From the IMG/VR virus record IMGVR_UViG_2724679239_000004: a DNA stretch of 37,513 bases. The stretch is one strand, 5' to 3'. The DNA comes from a virus. Taxonomy: Duplodnaviria; Heunggongvirae; Uroviricota; Caudoviricetes. Made by a program: the position numbers and the translations under genes. The notes under the pieces were generated by a model that was not told the DNA's origin, ran no database searches, and saw only the letters and a list, made by a program, of their open reading frames with translations. Of the stretch, positions 16,947 to 27,102 are shown piece by piece; position 1 is the stretch's first letter; every line of letters begins with the position of its first letter.

Positions 16947-18246
16947 TCTGGCGTATGCCGCACGCCTCCCGCCAAAGGAGGCTGTCGCGTATTTCCGCGC
17001 CAAAGGCTACAACATCACCTGGAACTGGTACGAACAACTGGCAGACGCGCACGCCCGTGCCTTTACCGTTGCCAAAGCTGCCCGGATGGATGTCCTGACC
17101 ACAATCCGTGAGGAAGTGGAGCGGGCTGTCAGTGAGGGTATCACCCGTGAGGAATTTACCCGCACACTGGCTCCCCGGTTGCAAAAGCTCGGATGGTGGG
17201 GAAAACAAATCATCGTGGATGCAGAGGGAAACGCGAAGGAAATCGAACTGGGCAGTCCGCGTCGTCTGGCAACCATTTATAACGTCAATACCCGTACAGC
17301 GTACGGGGCGGGACGTTATGCACAGATGATGAATACCGCAGACCTGTATCCGTACTGGCAGTATGTCGCCGTTATGGACAGCAGAACGCGCCCGGAACAT
17401 GCCCGGCTGCATAATATGATTTTCCGGTATGACGATATTTTCTGGCAGACACATTACCCGCCCAATGGCTGGAGCTGTCGCTGCCGCGTTCGTGCGATAT
17501 CTGCGGCCCGAATGAAAGAACTGGGATTACAGGTCAGCTATGGTGCTTCATTCATGGATACCCGCGAAGTGGAGGCCGGCACGGATGAAAGCACAGGAGA
17601 GATTTTCCGCACATCGTCAACCACGTTTGACAACGGTCGGGTAAAAATGACGCCGGACGTTGGCTGGTCATATAACCCCGGTTCGGCGGCATTCGGTACT
17701 GATCAGGCGCTGATTCGAAAACTGGTGGAAGTTCGTGACGCGCAGCTGCGTGAGCAGGTTGTACAGACGCTGAATAACAGCCGGGAGCGCCAGCTTGCTT
17801 TTTCCCTGTGGCTTAATCGTCTGGCGAAATCACGTCACGCCGGGCGTGAGATCCGGGCACTGGGTTTTATGACGGAATCGGTAGCTGAAGCCGTACATCA
17901 GCGCACCGGGAATATGCCAGCCCGTTTACTGGTGATGAATGGAGAAAGTCTGGCTACCGCTGCTGATGCTGCCCTGAAAGCAGAGGATTTACAGCGTCTG
18001 CCGTCTCTGATGGCAGAACCACAGGCGGTATTGTGGGACAGAAAAAATCACCAGCTGCTGTACGTTGTGGCAACCCGTGACGGCACGGCCCAAATTGTGG
18101 TCAGAACATCACAGACAGTCGGCAGGCAGAATGACCGGGCTGATGTGCTGGTCAGTATCAGCCGCGTATCTGCACAGTCGCTTGAAGCCGCGATTGCTGA
18201 CGGGATGATTGACGTACTGGAAGGGCATGTGGAGGTGAATAAGTGA
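16927..18246 (+). CDS. F: head morphogenesis protein F (gp30-like)
   Basis: ATG 16927 inside the 16891 ORF, preceded by GGGGG; about 439 aa, follows the portal. Confidence 0.75.
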   Translation: MPQQTIDLAYAARLPPKEAVAYFRAKGYNITWNWYEQLADAHARAFTVAKAARMDVLTTIREEVERAVSEGITREEFTRTLAPRLQKLGWWGKQIIVDAEGNAKEIELGSPRRLATIYNVNTRTAYGAGRYAQMMNTADLYPYWQYVAVMDSRTRPEHARLHNMIFRYDDIFWQTHYPPNGWSCRCRVRAISAARMKELGLQVSYGASFMDTREVEAGTDESTGEIFRTSSTTFDNGRVKMTPDVGWSYNPGSAAFGTDQALIRKLVEVRDAQLREQVVQTLNNSRERQLAFSLWLNRLAKSRHAGREIRALGFMTESVAEAVHQRTGNMPARLLVMNGESLATAADAALKAEDLQRLPSLMAEPQAVLWDRKNHQLLYVVATRDGTAQIVVRTSQTVGRQNDRADVLVSISRVSAQSLEAAIADGMIDVLEGHVEVNK

Positions 18247-18713
18247 GTCTTGATATGAACGTTGCCGTGGATGTGCGACGTATCCGGCTTGCTCTTGATG
18301 ATCTGGCAACGGTAACGCATGACGGATATGTGCCACGTGTGATGGCTGCGGCATTGCTGTCGTCTTCTGAACAGGCTTTTGAACGGCAGGCAGACCCGGA
18401 CACGGGCCAGAGCTGGGAGTCATGGAGTGACCCGTGGCTGGCATGGCGTCAGGAGCATGGTTTTGTTCCGGGTAGCATTCTTACCCTGCATGGCGATCTG
18501 GCCCGCAGCATCACTTCCGCTTACGGCCCGGATTATGCCCTGATTGGCTCACCAAAAGTTTACGCTGCTATTCATCAGTGGGGCGGTAAGCCTGATATGC
18601 CCCCCGGTCCGGCAGGTGTTCCTGCACGTCCTTATATGGGGCTGGATAAGAGCGGTGAGCAGGAAATTTATGATGCCATCAGAAAACGCGTAAGCGCCGC
18701 TCTGACGCAGTAA
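18243..18713 (+). CDS. G: virion morphogenesis protein G-like
   Basis: 156 aa, start overlaps the F stop. Confidence 0.65.
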   Translation: MSLDMNVAVDVRRIRLALDDLATVTHDGYVPRVMAAALLSSSEQAFERQADPDTGQSWESWSDPWLAWRQEHGFVPGSILTLHGDLARSITSAYGPDYALIGSPKVYAAIHQWGGKPDMPPGPAGVPARPYMGLDKSGEQEIYDAIRKRVSAALTQ

Positions 18714-18899
18714 CCAGATACAGAGATAAAATCACGCGATAAAGAATTTTTGAAGGTTCTGTGGCGTTTTTGAAGGGGTTTTGAAGGGGGTAGCGTCATG
18801 CATTTCCCTTCCCCTTTATCTTTCTCCTGCAGAATTACTAAAACTGGATAACCCCGCCTTTTCTCCCGTTCCCCGCACACTGGCTACTCACAAATCACG
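18714..18899. promoter_or_regulatory. central G-I intergenic region: candidate strong gyrase site and late promoter for I
   Basis: 186-bp non-coding gap at the prophage midpoint with three copies of TTTTGAAGG(G) at 18747-18790. In Mu the strong gyrase site lies between G and I. Confidence 0.5.
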
Positions 18900-20000
18900 A
18901 TGAGCAGGCCGGACATGAAAAAACACGCGATTGGTATTGCTGCGCTGGGTGCGCTGTCCATTGACGATGACGGCTGGTGCCAGCTATTGCCTGCCGGTTA
19001 TTTCAGTGCCCGTGACGGTCGCCCGTTTGATGTAACAACCGGTCAGGGCTGGTTCATCGACGGAGAAATTGCCGGACGCCTGATTGAAGGTATCCGCGCA
19101 CTTAACCAGGACGTGCTGATTGATTACGAGCATAACCAGCTGCGTAAGGACAAAGGATTACCCCCGGAACAACTGGTCGCGGCTGGCTGGTTTAACGCCG
19201 ATGAAATGCAGTGGCGTGAAGGTGAAGGGTTATTTATCCACCCACGCTGGACAGCGGCAGCCCAGCAGCGCATCGATGACGGTGAATTTGGTTATCTCTC
19301 TGCGGTTTTTCCGTATGACACCGCCACTGGTGCGGTACTGCAAATCCGCCTTGCTGCGCTGACCAATGATCCCGGTGCCACCGGCATGAAAAAGCTGACC
19401 GCACTGGCGGCAGGCCTTCCCGACATCCTTCAACAGGAGAACAAACCCATGAATGAAACGCTGCGCAAGCTGCTTGCGCGTCTTGGGGTAACTGTCCCCG
19501 AAAATGCAGACATCACTGATGAACAGGCCAGCGCGGCCCTGAGTGCGCTTGATGCACTCGAAACAGATGCCGGAAAAGTGGCGTCGTTATCCGCCGAACT
19601 GGAAAAGGCACAGAAAGCCGCCGTTGACCTGACGAAATACGTCCCGGTGGAAAGCTACAACGCCGTGCTTGATGAACTGGCTCAGGCCACCGCGCAAAGT
19701 GCCACCGCCAGCCTGAGCGCCGTTCTGGACAAGGCGGAACAGGAAGGCCGCATTTTCAAAAGCGAACGTGCCTATCTGGAACAGCTTGGCGGTCAGATTG
19801 GCGTGGCGGCACTGTCGGCACAGCTTGAGAAAAAACAGCCCATCGCTGCGTTATCTGCCATGCAGACCACAACGGTACAAAACCCGTCGCAGGAAAAACC
19901 GGCGGTGGCGGTGCTGTCTGCTGATGAAAAAGCAGCAGTGAAGGCGCTCGGCATTACTGAGGCTGAGTATCTGAAAATGAAACAGGAACAAGAAAAATGA
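18900..20000 (+). CDS. I: head protease/scaffold protein I
   Basis: 366 aa; Ala/Glu-rich coiled-coil C-terminal half typical of scaffolds; immediately upstream of the major head gene. Confidence 0.75.
   Translation: MSRPDMKKHAIGIAALGALSIDDDGWCQLLPAGYFSARDGRPFDVTTGQGWFIDGEIAGRLIEGIRALNQDVLIDYEHNQLRKDKGLPPEQLVAAGWFNADEMQWREGEGLFIHPRWTAAAQQRIDDGEFGYLSAVFPYDTATGAVLQIRLAALTNDPGATGMKKLTALAAGLPDILQQENKPMNETLRKLLARLGVTVPENADITDEQASAALSALDALETDAGKVASLSAELEKAQKAAVDLTKYVPVESYNAVLDELAQATAQSATASLSAVLDKAEQEGRIFKSERAYLEQLGGQIGVAALSAQLEKKQPIAALSAMQTTTVQNPSQEKPAVAVLSADEKAAVKALGITEAEYLKMKQEQEK
19449..20000 (+). CDS. Z: nested in-frame scaffold ORF Z (C-terminal part of I)
   Basis: Internal ATG at 19449 preceded by AGGAG at 9-nt spacing; in Mu, Z is expressed from an internal start within I. 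Confidence 0.4.
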   Translation: MNETLRKLLARLGVTVPENADITDEQASAALSALDALETDAGKVASLSAELEKAQKAAVDLTKYVPVESYNAVLDELAQATAQSATASLSAVLDKAEQEGRIFKSERAYLEQLGGQIGVAALSAQLEKKQPIAALSAMQTTTVQNPSQEKPAVAVLSADEKAAVKALGITEAEYLKMKQEQEK

Positions 20001-20914
20001 TTGTCACCCCGGCATCCATTAAAGCTCTGATGACCTCCTGGCGTAAGGATTTTCAGGGCGGTCTTGAAGACGCCCCGTCGCAGTACAGCAAAATTGCAAT
20101 GGTGGTGAACTCCTCCACCCGCAGCAATACCTATGGCTGGCTGGGTAAATTCCCGACCCTGAAAGAATGGGTGGGTAAGCGAACCATTCAGCAAATGGAA
20201 GCGCATGGCTACTCCATCGCTAATAAAACGTTTGAAGGCACCGTGGGTATTTCCCGTGATGACTTCGAGGATGACAATCTGGGTATTTATGCGCCGATTT
20301 TTCAGGAGATGGGCCGTTCTGCGGCAGTTCAGCCGGATGAGCTGATTTTTAAACTTCTGAAAGATGGCTTTACCCAGCCCTGCTATGACGGTCAGAACTT
20401 CTTCGACAAGGAGCATCCGGTATATCCGAATGTGGACGGCACGGGCAGCGCGGTTAATACCTCCAACATCGTTGAGCAGGACAGCTTCAGCGGTCTGCCA
20501 TTCTATCTGCTGGACTGCTCCCGCGCAGTCAAACCGCTGATTTTCCAGGAGCGCCGCAAACCGGAACTGGTCGCACGTACCCGTATCGATGACGACCACG
20601 TTTTTATGGATAACGAGTTCCTGTTTGGTGCCAGCGCCCGCCGTGCTGCCGGTTACGGCTTCTGGCAGATGGCTGTCGCGGTAAAAGGCGATCTGACGCT
20701 GGATAACCTCTGGAAGGGCTGGCAACTGATGCGTTCTTTTGAAGGTGATGGCGGTAAGAAGCTGGGCCTGAAGCCGACGCATATCGTTGTACCGGTCGGA
20801 CTGGAAAAATCCGCAGAGCAACTGCTTAACCGTGAGCTGTTCGCGGATGGCAATACCACCGTCTCTAACGAGATGAAGGGTAAGCTGCAACTGGTTGTTG
20901 CTGACTACCTGTAA
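19997..20914 (+). CDS. T: major head subunit T
   Basis: 305 aa; ATGA overlap with the I stop; followed by a terminator-like hairpin. Confidence 0.8.
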   Translation: MIVTPASIKALMTSWRKDFQGGLEDAPSQYSKIAMVVNSSTRSNTYGWLGKFPTLKEWVGKRTIQQMEAHGYSIANKTFEGTVGISRDDFEDDNLGIYAPIFQEMGRSAAVQPDELIFKLLKDGFTQPCYDGQNFFDKEHPVYPNVDGTGSAVNTSNIVEQDSFSGLPFYLLDCSRAVKPLIFQERRKPELVARTRIDDDHVFMDNEFLFGASARRAAGYGFWQMAVAVKGDLTLDNLWKGWQLMRSFEGDGGKKLGLKPTHIVVPVGLEKSAEQLLNRELFADGNTTVSNEMKGKLQLVVADYL

Positions 20915-20920
20915 CCGTCG

Positions 20921-20948
20921 TTAAAAGGCGGTTCAGGCCGCCTTTTAA
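20921..20948 (+). terminator. stem-loop after the major head gene
   Basis: TTAAAAGGCGG-ttcagg-CCGCCTTTTAA, 11-bp stem with T-run in the 3' arm. Confidence 0.5.
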
Positions 20949-20980
20949 CCTGATTTAAAGGAAAAGGAGGAGCATGTGTT

Positions 20981-21391
20981 ATGTCAGGCACTTCGCTTAA
21001 TTCACAACGGCTGGACACTTCTCGCATCACTTGCACGGCGATTATTAAATGTCTTCGCCCGGTCTACCGCCGCGCCGGTATCGCCTTTACGCGTGGCGAA
21101 AACACAGTGGAAGTCACCGAAGAACAACTGGCGATCATCCGTGCCGACAGCGTGTTGTCTGTTGTATCGACAACGGCAGCAGAAACGCTCGCTGAGGCTG
21201 GGGGGCTGGACGTTCTGGGTGTGGGCGATCTGAACGCCCGTATCCGTGCGACCGTTGCCGGTTTGGATCAGGCAAACCCGGAACACTTTACCGCAGGGGG
21301 GGAACCCAAAGTGAAAGCGGTCAGTGCGGTGCTGGGGGAAAACGTCACTGCGGCACAAATCAAAGCAGCACTGGCTGAGGCGCAAGCATGA
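20981..21391 (+). CDS. hypothetical head protein (gp35-position)
   Basis: 136 aa; SD GGAGGAG upstream. Confidence 0.5.
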   Translation: MSGTSLNSQRLDTSRITCTAIIKCLRPVYRRAGIAFTRGENTVEVTEEQLAIIRADSVLSVVSTTAAETLAEAGGLDVLGVGDLNARIRATVAGLDQANPEHFTAGGEPKVKAVSAVLGENVTAAQIKAALAEAQA

Positions 21392-21810
21392 GCTATGCCT
21401 CTCTTGACGACATGGTAAAGCGTTACCAGCGCAGCAATCTGGACAAACTGACCGCTGATAAATCGGACAACTTTGAACCAGATGATGCACTGATTACGCA
21501 GGCGTTACAGGATGCCAGCGCGCTTATCGACGGTTATATCAGTCCCCGTTACCAGCTGCCATTGTCAGTGGTTCCTGTAACGCTGGTTCGTGTTTGTTGC
21601 GATATTGCTTTTTATTACCTGTGTGATGAACAGGCAACAGAGCAATGCACACAACGTTACAAAGACGCCATCAGGTGGCTGGGGGTGGTTCTCGACGGAA
21701 AATTACCGCTTGGCGCAGATGTGCATGGTGTTGAACCGGTCAGCGAAAATCTGGTTGAGGTGCAGTCTGACGCAGCCATTTTCTCCCGCAACCAGAAGGG
21801 GTTTATCTGA
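21388..21810 (+). CDS. head-tail joining protein (gp36/J-position)
   Basis: 140 aa, overlapping starts and stops within the operon. Confidence 0.55.
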   Translation: MSYASLDDMVKRYQRSNLDKLTADKSDNFEPDDALITQALQDASALIDGYISPRYQLPLSVVPVTLVRVCCDIAFYYLCDEQATEQCTQRYKDAIRWLGVVLDGKLPLGADVHGVEPVSENLVEVQSDAAIFSRNQKGFI

Positions 21811-22358
21811 TGATTGCCACCACAGAAGCTGCTTTGCTCGATGCTGTTCGTGGGTTGTTCGGACGGACGCTGCGGGATGTAAAAACGCATCCCGGCACCT
21901 GGTCTGATGCCGCAATTAAAAAAATCCTGATTGCGCCGCCGTCTGTTTATCTGGCGTGGCTGGGCTGCGGTGAAGGCCGCACCCGCCGTGAAGTGGAAAG
22001 CCGCTGGGTGTTTTACGTGGTGGCAAAAATGCTGAACGGTCGGGAAACCGACCGTCCGGGGATTTACCAGATTGTTGAGCGCCTGATTGCCGGAATGAAC
22101 GGACATACATTTGGCCCCACAACCGGCCTGCGTCTGACCAGCGTCCGCAACCTGTATACCGATGCCCAGAGTAATTCAGGAGTCGCATTGTACGGTATCT
22201 ATTTCAGTGGCATCACGCCGTTACCGTCCGGTGTGGATATGGACTCGCTGGATGATTACGAGCGCCACTGGCAGACCTGGAAATTCCCGGACGAACCCCC
22301 GGAATTTGCCGCACATATCAATGTGAATCAGGAAAAGGATCATGATGCTGAAAATTAA
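21810..22358 (+). CDS. tail completion protein (gp37/K-position)
   Basis: 182 aa, coupled to upstream gene. Confidence 0.55.
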   Translation: MIATTEAALLDAVRGLFGRTLRDVKTHPGTWSDAAIKKILIAPPSVYLAWLGCGEGRTRREVESRWVFYVVAKMLNGRETDRPGIYQIVERLIAGMNGHTFGPTTGLRLTSVRNLYTDAQSNSGVALYGIYFSGITPLPSGVDMDSLDDYERHWQTWKFPDEPPEFAAHINVNQEKDHDAEN

Positions 22359-22548
22359 ACCCGCAGCGGGAAAAGCCATCCGTGACCCGCTCACGATGAA
22401 ATTACTGGCTCCGGAGGGAGAAGAAAAGCCCCGTAACAGTTTCTGGATACGTCGCCTTGCAGCCGGTGATGTGGTTGAAGTCGGGAGCACCGAAAACACG
22501 GCGGATGATACCGACGCTGCGCCGAAAAAACGGAGTAAATCGAAATGA
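22342..22548 (+). CDS. small hypothetical protein (gp38-position)
   Basis: 68 aa, overlaps both neighbours. Confidence 0.45.
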   Translation: MMLKIKPAAGKAIRDPLTMKLLAPEGEEKPRNSFWIRRLAAGDVVEVGSTENTADDTDAAPKKRSKSK

Positions 22549-24032
22549 GCGATATTTCATTTAACGCGATCCCGTCAGATGTTCGCGTTCCCCTGACGTA
22601 TATCGAATTTGATAACAGTAATGCCGTCAGCGGAACACCGGCACCCCGTCAGCGCGTGCTGATGTTCGGGCAAAGCGGAAGTAAAGCCAGTGCGGCACCA
22701 AACGTGCCTGTCCGTATCCGTTCCGGCTCACAGGCCAGTGCGGCGTTTGGTCAGGGTTCCATGCTGGCACTGATGGCAGATGCATTCCTGAACGCTAACC
22801 GCGTGGCGGAGCTGTGGTGTATCCCGCAGGGGAACGGCACCGGTAATGCTGCTGTCGGTGAAATCTCACTGTCAGGAACGGCAGGCGAAAACGGCTCGCT
22901 TGTGACTTACATTGCCGGTCAGCGACTAGCGGTATCTGTCGCAGCAGGTGCAACGGGAGCGGCGCTGGCTGACCTGCTGGTTGCCCGAATCAAAGGCCAG
23001 CCTGATTTACCGGTGACGGCAGAAGTTCGCGCAGACAGCGGGGATGATGACACTCATGCAGATGTGGTTCTGAGTGCAAAATTTACGGGTGCATTATCTG
23101 CCGTGGACGTGCGCTGGAACTATTACGCGGGTGAAACCACCCCTTACGGGATTATCACGGCATTCAAAGCCGCCTCCGGGAAAAACAGCAACCCAGATAT
23201 CAGCGCAAGTATCGCGGGAATGGGCGATCTGCAATACAAATATATTGTGATGCCCTATACCGATGAACCGAACCTGAATCTGTTACGCACTGAATTGCAG
23301 GAACGCTGGGGACCGGTCAATCAGGCTGATGGCTTTGCCGTGACAGTGCTGTCCGGCACGTATGGGGATATTTCCACGTTTGGTGTCAGCCGTAATGACC
23401 ATCTGATTTCCTGTATGGGGATTGCCGGTGCACCGGAACCGTCATATCTGTACGCCGCCACCCTGTGTGCCGTTGCCAGCCAGGCGCTTTCCATCGACCC
23501 GGCGCGTCCACTCCAGACGCTGACGTTGCCCGGAAGAATGCCGCCTGCGGTGGGGGATCGTTTCACCTGGTCAGAACGTAATGCGCTGCTGTTTGACGGC
23601 ATCTCCACGTTTAACGTGAATGATGGTGGTGAAATGCAGATTGAACGCATGATCACGATGTACCGCACAAACAAGTACGGTGACAGCGATCCGTCTTATC
23701 TGAACGTGAATACCATCGCCACGCTGAGTTATCTGCGTTATTCGCTGCGAACCCGCATCACGCAGAAATTCCCGAACTACAAGCTGGCAAGTGATGGCAC
23801 CCGCTTTGCCACCGGTCAGGCCGTGGTGACGCCATCCGTGATCAAAACGGAGTTGCTGGCACTGTTTGAAGAATGGGAAAACGCCGGACTGGTCGAGGAT
23901 TTCGACACGTTCAAAGAGGAGCTGTATGTGGCACGTAACAAGGATGATAAAGACCGTCTTGATGTGCTGTGCGGCCCGAATCTGATCAACCAGTTCCGCA
24001 TTTTTGCGGCGCAAATTCAGTTCATTCTGTAA
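22545..24032 (+). CDS. L: tail sheath protein L
   Basis: 495 aa, immediately before a 118-aa tube-sized ORF; classic contractile-tail order. Confidence 0.8.
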   Translation: MSDISFNAIPSDVRVPLTYIEFDNSNAVSGTPAPRQRVLMFGQSGSKASAAPNVPVRIRSGSQASAAFGQGSMLALMADAFLNANRVAELWCIPQGNGTGNAAVGEISLSGTAGENGSLVTYIAGQRLAVSVAAGATGAALADLLVARIKGQPDLPVTAEVRADSGDDDTHADVVLSAKFTGALSAVDVRWNYYAGETTPYGIITAFKAASGKNSNPDISASIAGMGDLQYKYIVMPYTDEPNLNLLRTELQERWGPVNQADGFAVTVLSGTYGDISTFGVSRNDHLISCMGIAGAPEPSYLYAATLCAVASQALSIDPARPLQTLTLPGRMPPAVGDRFTWSERNALLFDGISTFNVNDGGEMQIERMITMYRTNKYGDSDPSYLNVNTIATLSYLRYSLRTRITQKFPNYKLASDGTRFATGQAVVTPSVIKTELLALFEEWENAGLVEDFDTFKEELYVARNKDDKDRLDVLCGPNLINQFRIFAAQIQFIL

Positions 24033-24041
24033 GGAGTATTT

Positions 24042-24398
24042 ATGGCTGGAAATCAGCGTCAGGGGGTGGCATTCATCCGTGTCAATGGCATGGAGCTTGA
24101 ATCAATGGAAGGTGCTTCCTTCACACCCTCCGGCATCACCCGTGAAGAAGTGACCGGCTCGCGGGTTTATGGCTGGAAAGGTAAACCACGTGCAGCAAAA
24201 GTGGAATGCAAAATTCCGGGGGGCGGTCCCATCGGGCTGGATGAAATTATCGACTGGGAAAACATCACCGTCGAATTCCAGGCTGATACCGGCGAAACCT
24301 GGATGCTGGCGAATGCCTGGCAGGCGGATGAACCGAAAAACGACGGCGGCGAAATTTCGCTGGTACTGATGGCAAAACAAAGCAAACGCATTGCATAA
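24042..24398 (+). CDS. M: tail tube protein M
   Basis: 118 aa, follows the sheath gene. Confidence 0.7.
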   Translation: MAGNQRQGVAFIRVNGMELESMEGASFTPSGITREEVTGSRVYGWKGKPRAAKVECKIPGGGPIGLDEIIDWENITVEFQADTGETWMLANAWQADEPKNDGGEISLVLMAKQSKRIA

Positions 24399-24407
24399 GG
24401 GGAAACA

Positions 24408-24842
24408 ATGGACGAAATGAATTTAAGTCCTGAAGCACAGGAACTGCGTGACAGCATTGTGGCTGAGCTTCAGTCCGGTGGTCTGAAACTGAAAGACGGC
24501 CTGCCGTTCGGCACCGGTGACGAGACTGAAATGCAGTATGACGTCACACTGCGTGAACTGACCGCAGGCGATCTGATTGATGCCCAGGCGGCTGCTGAAA
24601 AGCTGGTAATGAGCAAGGAAGGCCCGGTGCTGGTCAGTTCCCCGTCCCGGATGGGACTGGAAATGCTGCGCCGACAGATTGCCAGCGTGGGTTGCATCAA
24701 AGGCCCGTTATCGCTGGCGCTGATGCGCAAGCTGTCTGTTGATGACTTCCAGCGTCTGTCGCTGGCTACAGAGATGCACGACATGGCTGTGGCGGCATCG
24801 CTGACACAAGAACGGGGGCGAGTGGCTGCGGTGCCGGAATGA
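24408..24842 (+). CDS. tail assembly chaperone-like protein (gp41/Y-position)
   Basis: 144 aa, between tube and tape measure. Confidence 0.5.
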   Translation: MDEMNLSPEAQELRDSIVAELQSGGLKLKDGLPFGTGDETEMQYDVTLRELTAGDLIDAQAAAEKLVMSKEGPVLVSSPSRMGLEMLRRQIASVGCIKGPLSLALMRKLSVDDFQRLSLATEMHDMAVAASLTQERGRVAAVPE

Positions 24843-24986
24843 TATTGAGAAAGCGGCGACAGCGATTGGCGTTATTCTGAAAAGTGGCCCGGAATGGGCC
24901 TTGTCTCTCCCGCTGTCCCGCTTTTTCCGGCACTGCCAGCAGGCGAAAACCCTCTCTCAATATCACCGTTAAATCAGGAAATCTCT

Positions 24987-27098
24987 ATGACCGGGAAACG
25001 CTTAAAGGCGTCTGTCATTATTGATCTTAATGGCAATCTTTCCCGGCGTTCCCGCCAGTATTCGAACCAGATAAACGCCCTGTCCCGTAGCGGGCAAAGT
25101 TCCCTGCGTGCCCTGCGTATGGAAGTGGTGCGCGTGTCTGGTGCCATCGACAGAATGGGTTCTCTCTCAACCCGTACATTCCGAATGCTGTCAGCCGGGG
25201 CGCTGGGTGTTGCCGGGGTGGGTTACACCGCCAATAAACTGTTTATCAGCGCAGCAGCTCAACGTGAACAGCAGATTATCGCCATGAACTCGCTGTATCA
25301 CGGCGATAAGGCCAGAGCACAGGCAATGATGGCCTGGGCGAAGCAGAACGCGAAGGACACCACGTGGGGGCTGAGTGGTGTTCTTGATGAGATCCGTTCG
25401 TCGAAAGGCTTCGGCATGACGGATGAACAGACGAAACAGTTCATCACCATGTTGCAGGATCAGGGGGCCATGCACGGCTGGGATTTACCCACTGCACAGG
25501 GTGCCTCACTGCAACTGAAACAGATGTTTGCCCGCCAGCAAATCACAGCGGCGGATGCCAACCTGCTGACCGGTTACGGTATCAACGTTTATCAGGCGCT
25601 GGCGGATGCAACGGGAACGGACGTTAAAAAAATCCGTGATCTGGGTACAAAGGGCAAGCTGGGCATGAAATCCATTCTGACGGTATTCAGAACGCTGTCA
25701 GAACAGTCAAAAGGTGCACAGGCCAGTGCGATGAACTCCTGGGACGGGATGTTCGCCCAGATGGAAGCTAACCTGCTTGAATTTCGCATAAAGGTGGCAA
25801 ACAGCGGCCCCTTTGAAGAAATCAAGAACGAGATGCGCCGGGTGCTTAACTGGCACGACATGGCGGATAAATCCGGGGAACTTGACGCACTGGCAGAAAA
25901 CATTGGTCAGAAATTCCTGACCACATTCAGAACCCTGAAATCTGCGGCACAGGAGTTATGGCGCTGGCTGAAACCGGGTAAAGATGCGCTGGCATGGGTT
26001 GACCAGAATATTGTCAGCCTGAAAAAATTGGCTGCTGTTCTGGTGTCTGTCTGGCTTGCCAATAAAGCACTGAGGGCGGGCTGGGCCGTGGCGAAGCCAT
26101 CATGGCAGGTTGCCAGCTATCCGTTCAAAACCGGGCGTCGAATGTGGCGCTGGATGCGAAAACGCAAACATGGACAGACAGGCATTCCGGCACCGGATGC
26201 GCTACCTGCTACAGAACTACTGCGGGAACTGACAGTTCAGCGCGTTTTTGTGACTAACTGGCCCAACGGGTTCGGTGGATATGGCGGATTTTCCCGATAC
26301 GGAGGTAAAACACCGGCAGCATTGCCCCGCCAGCCGTTATTGCTGTCCGGGCCACAACCGCTGGCACTTCCGGCCCCACGCACTGTTCCCGCATTACCAG
26401 CACCGAAACCACTGGCATTACCTGCACCATCCCCGGTACTGGCATTGCCATCTCCCGGTGTGCCGGGGGCCACACGGCGCACATCGTTACCTTTACCCGG
26501 CAAATCCGGTCTGTTGAGCAGGCTTGCAGGCAGTGCTGCCGGACAACTGGTTACGGGAACAATCGGAAAGCTGGCTGGTGCCGGTCGTACCGTTGGCGGG
26601 TTGTTTTCCGGTATCGGAAACAAACTTGCAGACAGTGCCATTGGTCGGGTTGTGACAAAAGGGGCCGGGGCGCTGGGCTGGATGGGGAAAGGCGCGGGTC
26701 GTGCACTGTCACGTCTTGGCGGTCCGGTGATGGGGGCACTCCAGCTTGCTCCCGTTCTGATGGATGAACAGGCATCAACTCATGAAAAAGCCGGAGCAAT
26801 TGGCAGCACTGCCGGCGCCTGGCTCGGCGGTGCCGTTGGCAGCCTTGCCGGACCGCTGGGCACGGTTGCCGGTGCCACGCTGGGCAGTGTCGCCGGGGAA
26901 TATCTGGGCGGTTTTGTGACTGACCTGTATCAGAAATGGACGGCCCCGGAAAGGGAACCGCAGGAACAAAAAGTGAATGCGGAAGCATCGCTGCGTGTCG
27001 AGCTTGGCGAAGGATTACGTCTGACCAGTTCCCGCGTCACCGAGGATGGTATGGGGCTGAATATTTACGCGGGCGATAACTACATTACAGGCTGGTAA
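24987..27098 (+). CDS. N: tail tape measure protein N
   Basis: ATG 24987 with SD AGGAA; about 703 aa; Pro-rich PLALPAP repeats and a Gly-rich hydrophobic C-terminal region. Confidence 0.8.
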   Translation: MTGKRLKASVIIDLNGNLSRRSRQYSNQINALSRSGQSSLRALRMEVVRVSGAIDRMGSLSTRTFRMLSAGALGVAGVGYTANKLFISAAAQREQQIIAMNSLYHGDKARAQAMMAWAKQNAKDTTWGLSGVLDEIRSSKGFGMTDEQTKQFITMLQDQGAMHGWDLPTAQGASLQLKQMFARQQITAADANLLTGYGINVYQALADATGTDVKKIRDLGTKGKLGMKSILTVFRTLSEQSKGAQASAMNSWDGMFAQMEANLLEFRIKVANSGPFEEIKNEMRRVLNWHDMADKSGELDALAENIGQKFLTTFRTLKSAAQELWRWLKPGKDALAWVDQNIVSLKKLAAVLVSVWLANKALRAGWAVAKPSWQVASYPFKTGRRMWRWMRKRKHGQTGIPAPDALPATELLRELTVQRVFVTNWPNGFGGYGGFSRYGGKTPAALPRQPLLLSGPQPLALPAPRTVPALPAPKPLALPAPSPVLALPSPGVPGATRRTSLPLPGKSGLLSRLAGSAAGQLVTGTIGKLAGAGRTVGGLFSGIGNKLADSAIGRVVTKGAGALGWMGKGAGRALSRLGGPVMGALQLAPVLMDEQASTHEKAGAIGSTAGAWLGGAVGSLAGPLGTVAGATLGSVAGEYLGGFVTDLYQKWTAPEREPQEQKVNAEASLRVELGEGLRLTSSRVTEDGMGLNIYAGDNYITGW
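26314..26472 (+). repeat. degenerate tandem repeat encoding P-x-LALPAP units within the tape measure gene
   Basis: Translation [52 protein letters not shown]; DNA shows repeated ccgctggcacttccggcccc-like units. Confidence 0.4.
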
Positions 27099-27102
27099 AA
27101 CC

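Noticed and set aside
16873-17454. 193-aa minus-strand ORF
   Set aside because: Antisense to head morphogenesis gene F; no independent support.
19793-20890. 365-aa minus-strand ORF
   Set aside because: Entirely antisense to the major head gene T and the end of I; long open antisense frames are expected in GC-rich coding DNA, and it has no SD or operon context.
24843-24986. Possible programmed frameshift between the chaperone-like gene and the tape measure
   Set aside because: The two genes are in the same frame separated by two stop codons; no slippery heptamer or alternate-frame extension found.
24894-24986. Upstream start (24894) for the tape measure gene
   Set aside because: No SD; the in-frame ATG at 24987 has AGGAA at proper spacing.
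26275-26517. His-rich 80-aa plus-strand ORF
   Set aside because: Alternate frame of the Pro-rich repeat region of the tape measure gene; a repeat artefact.
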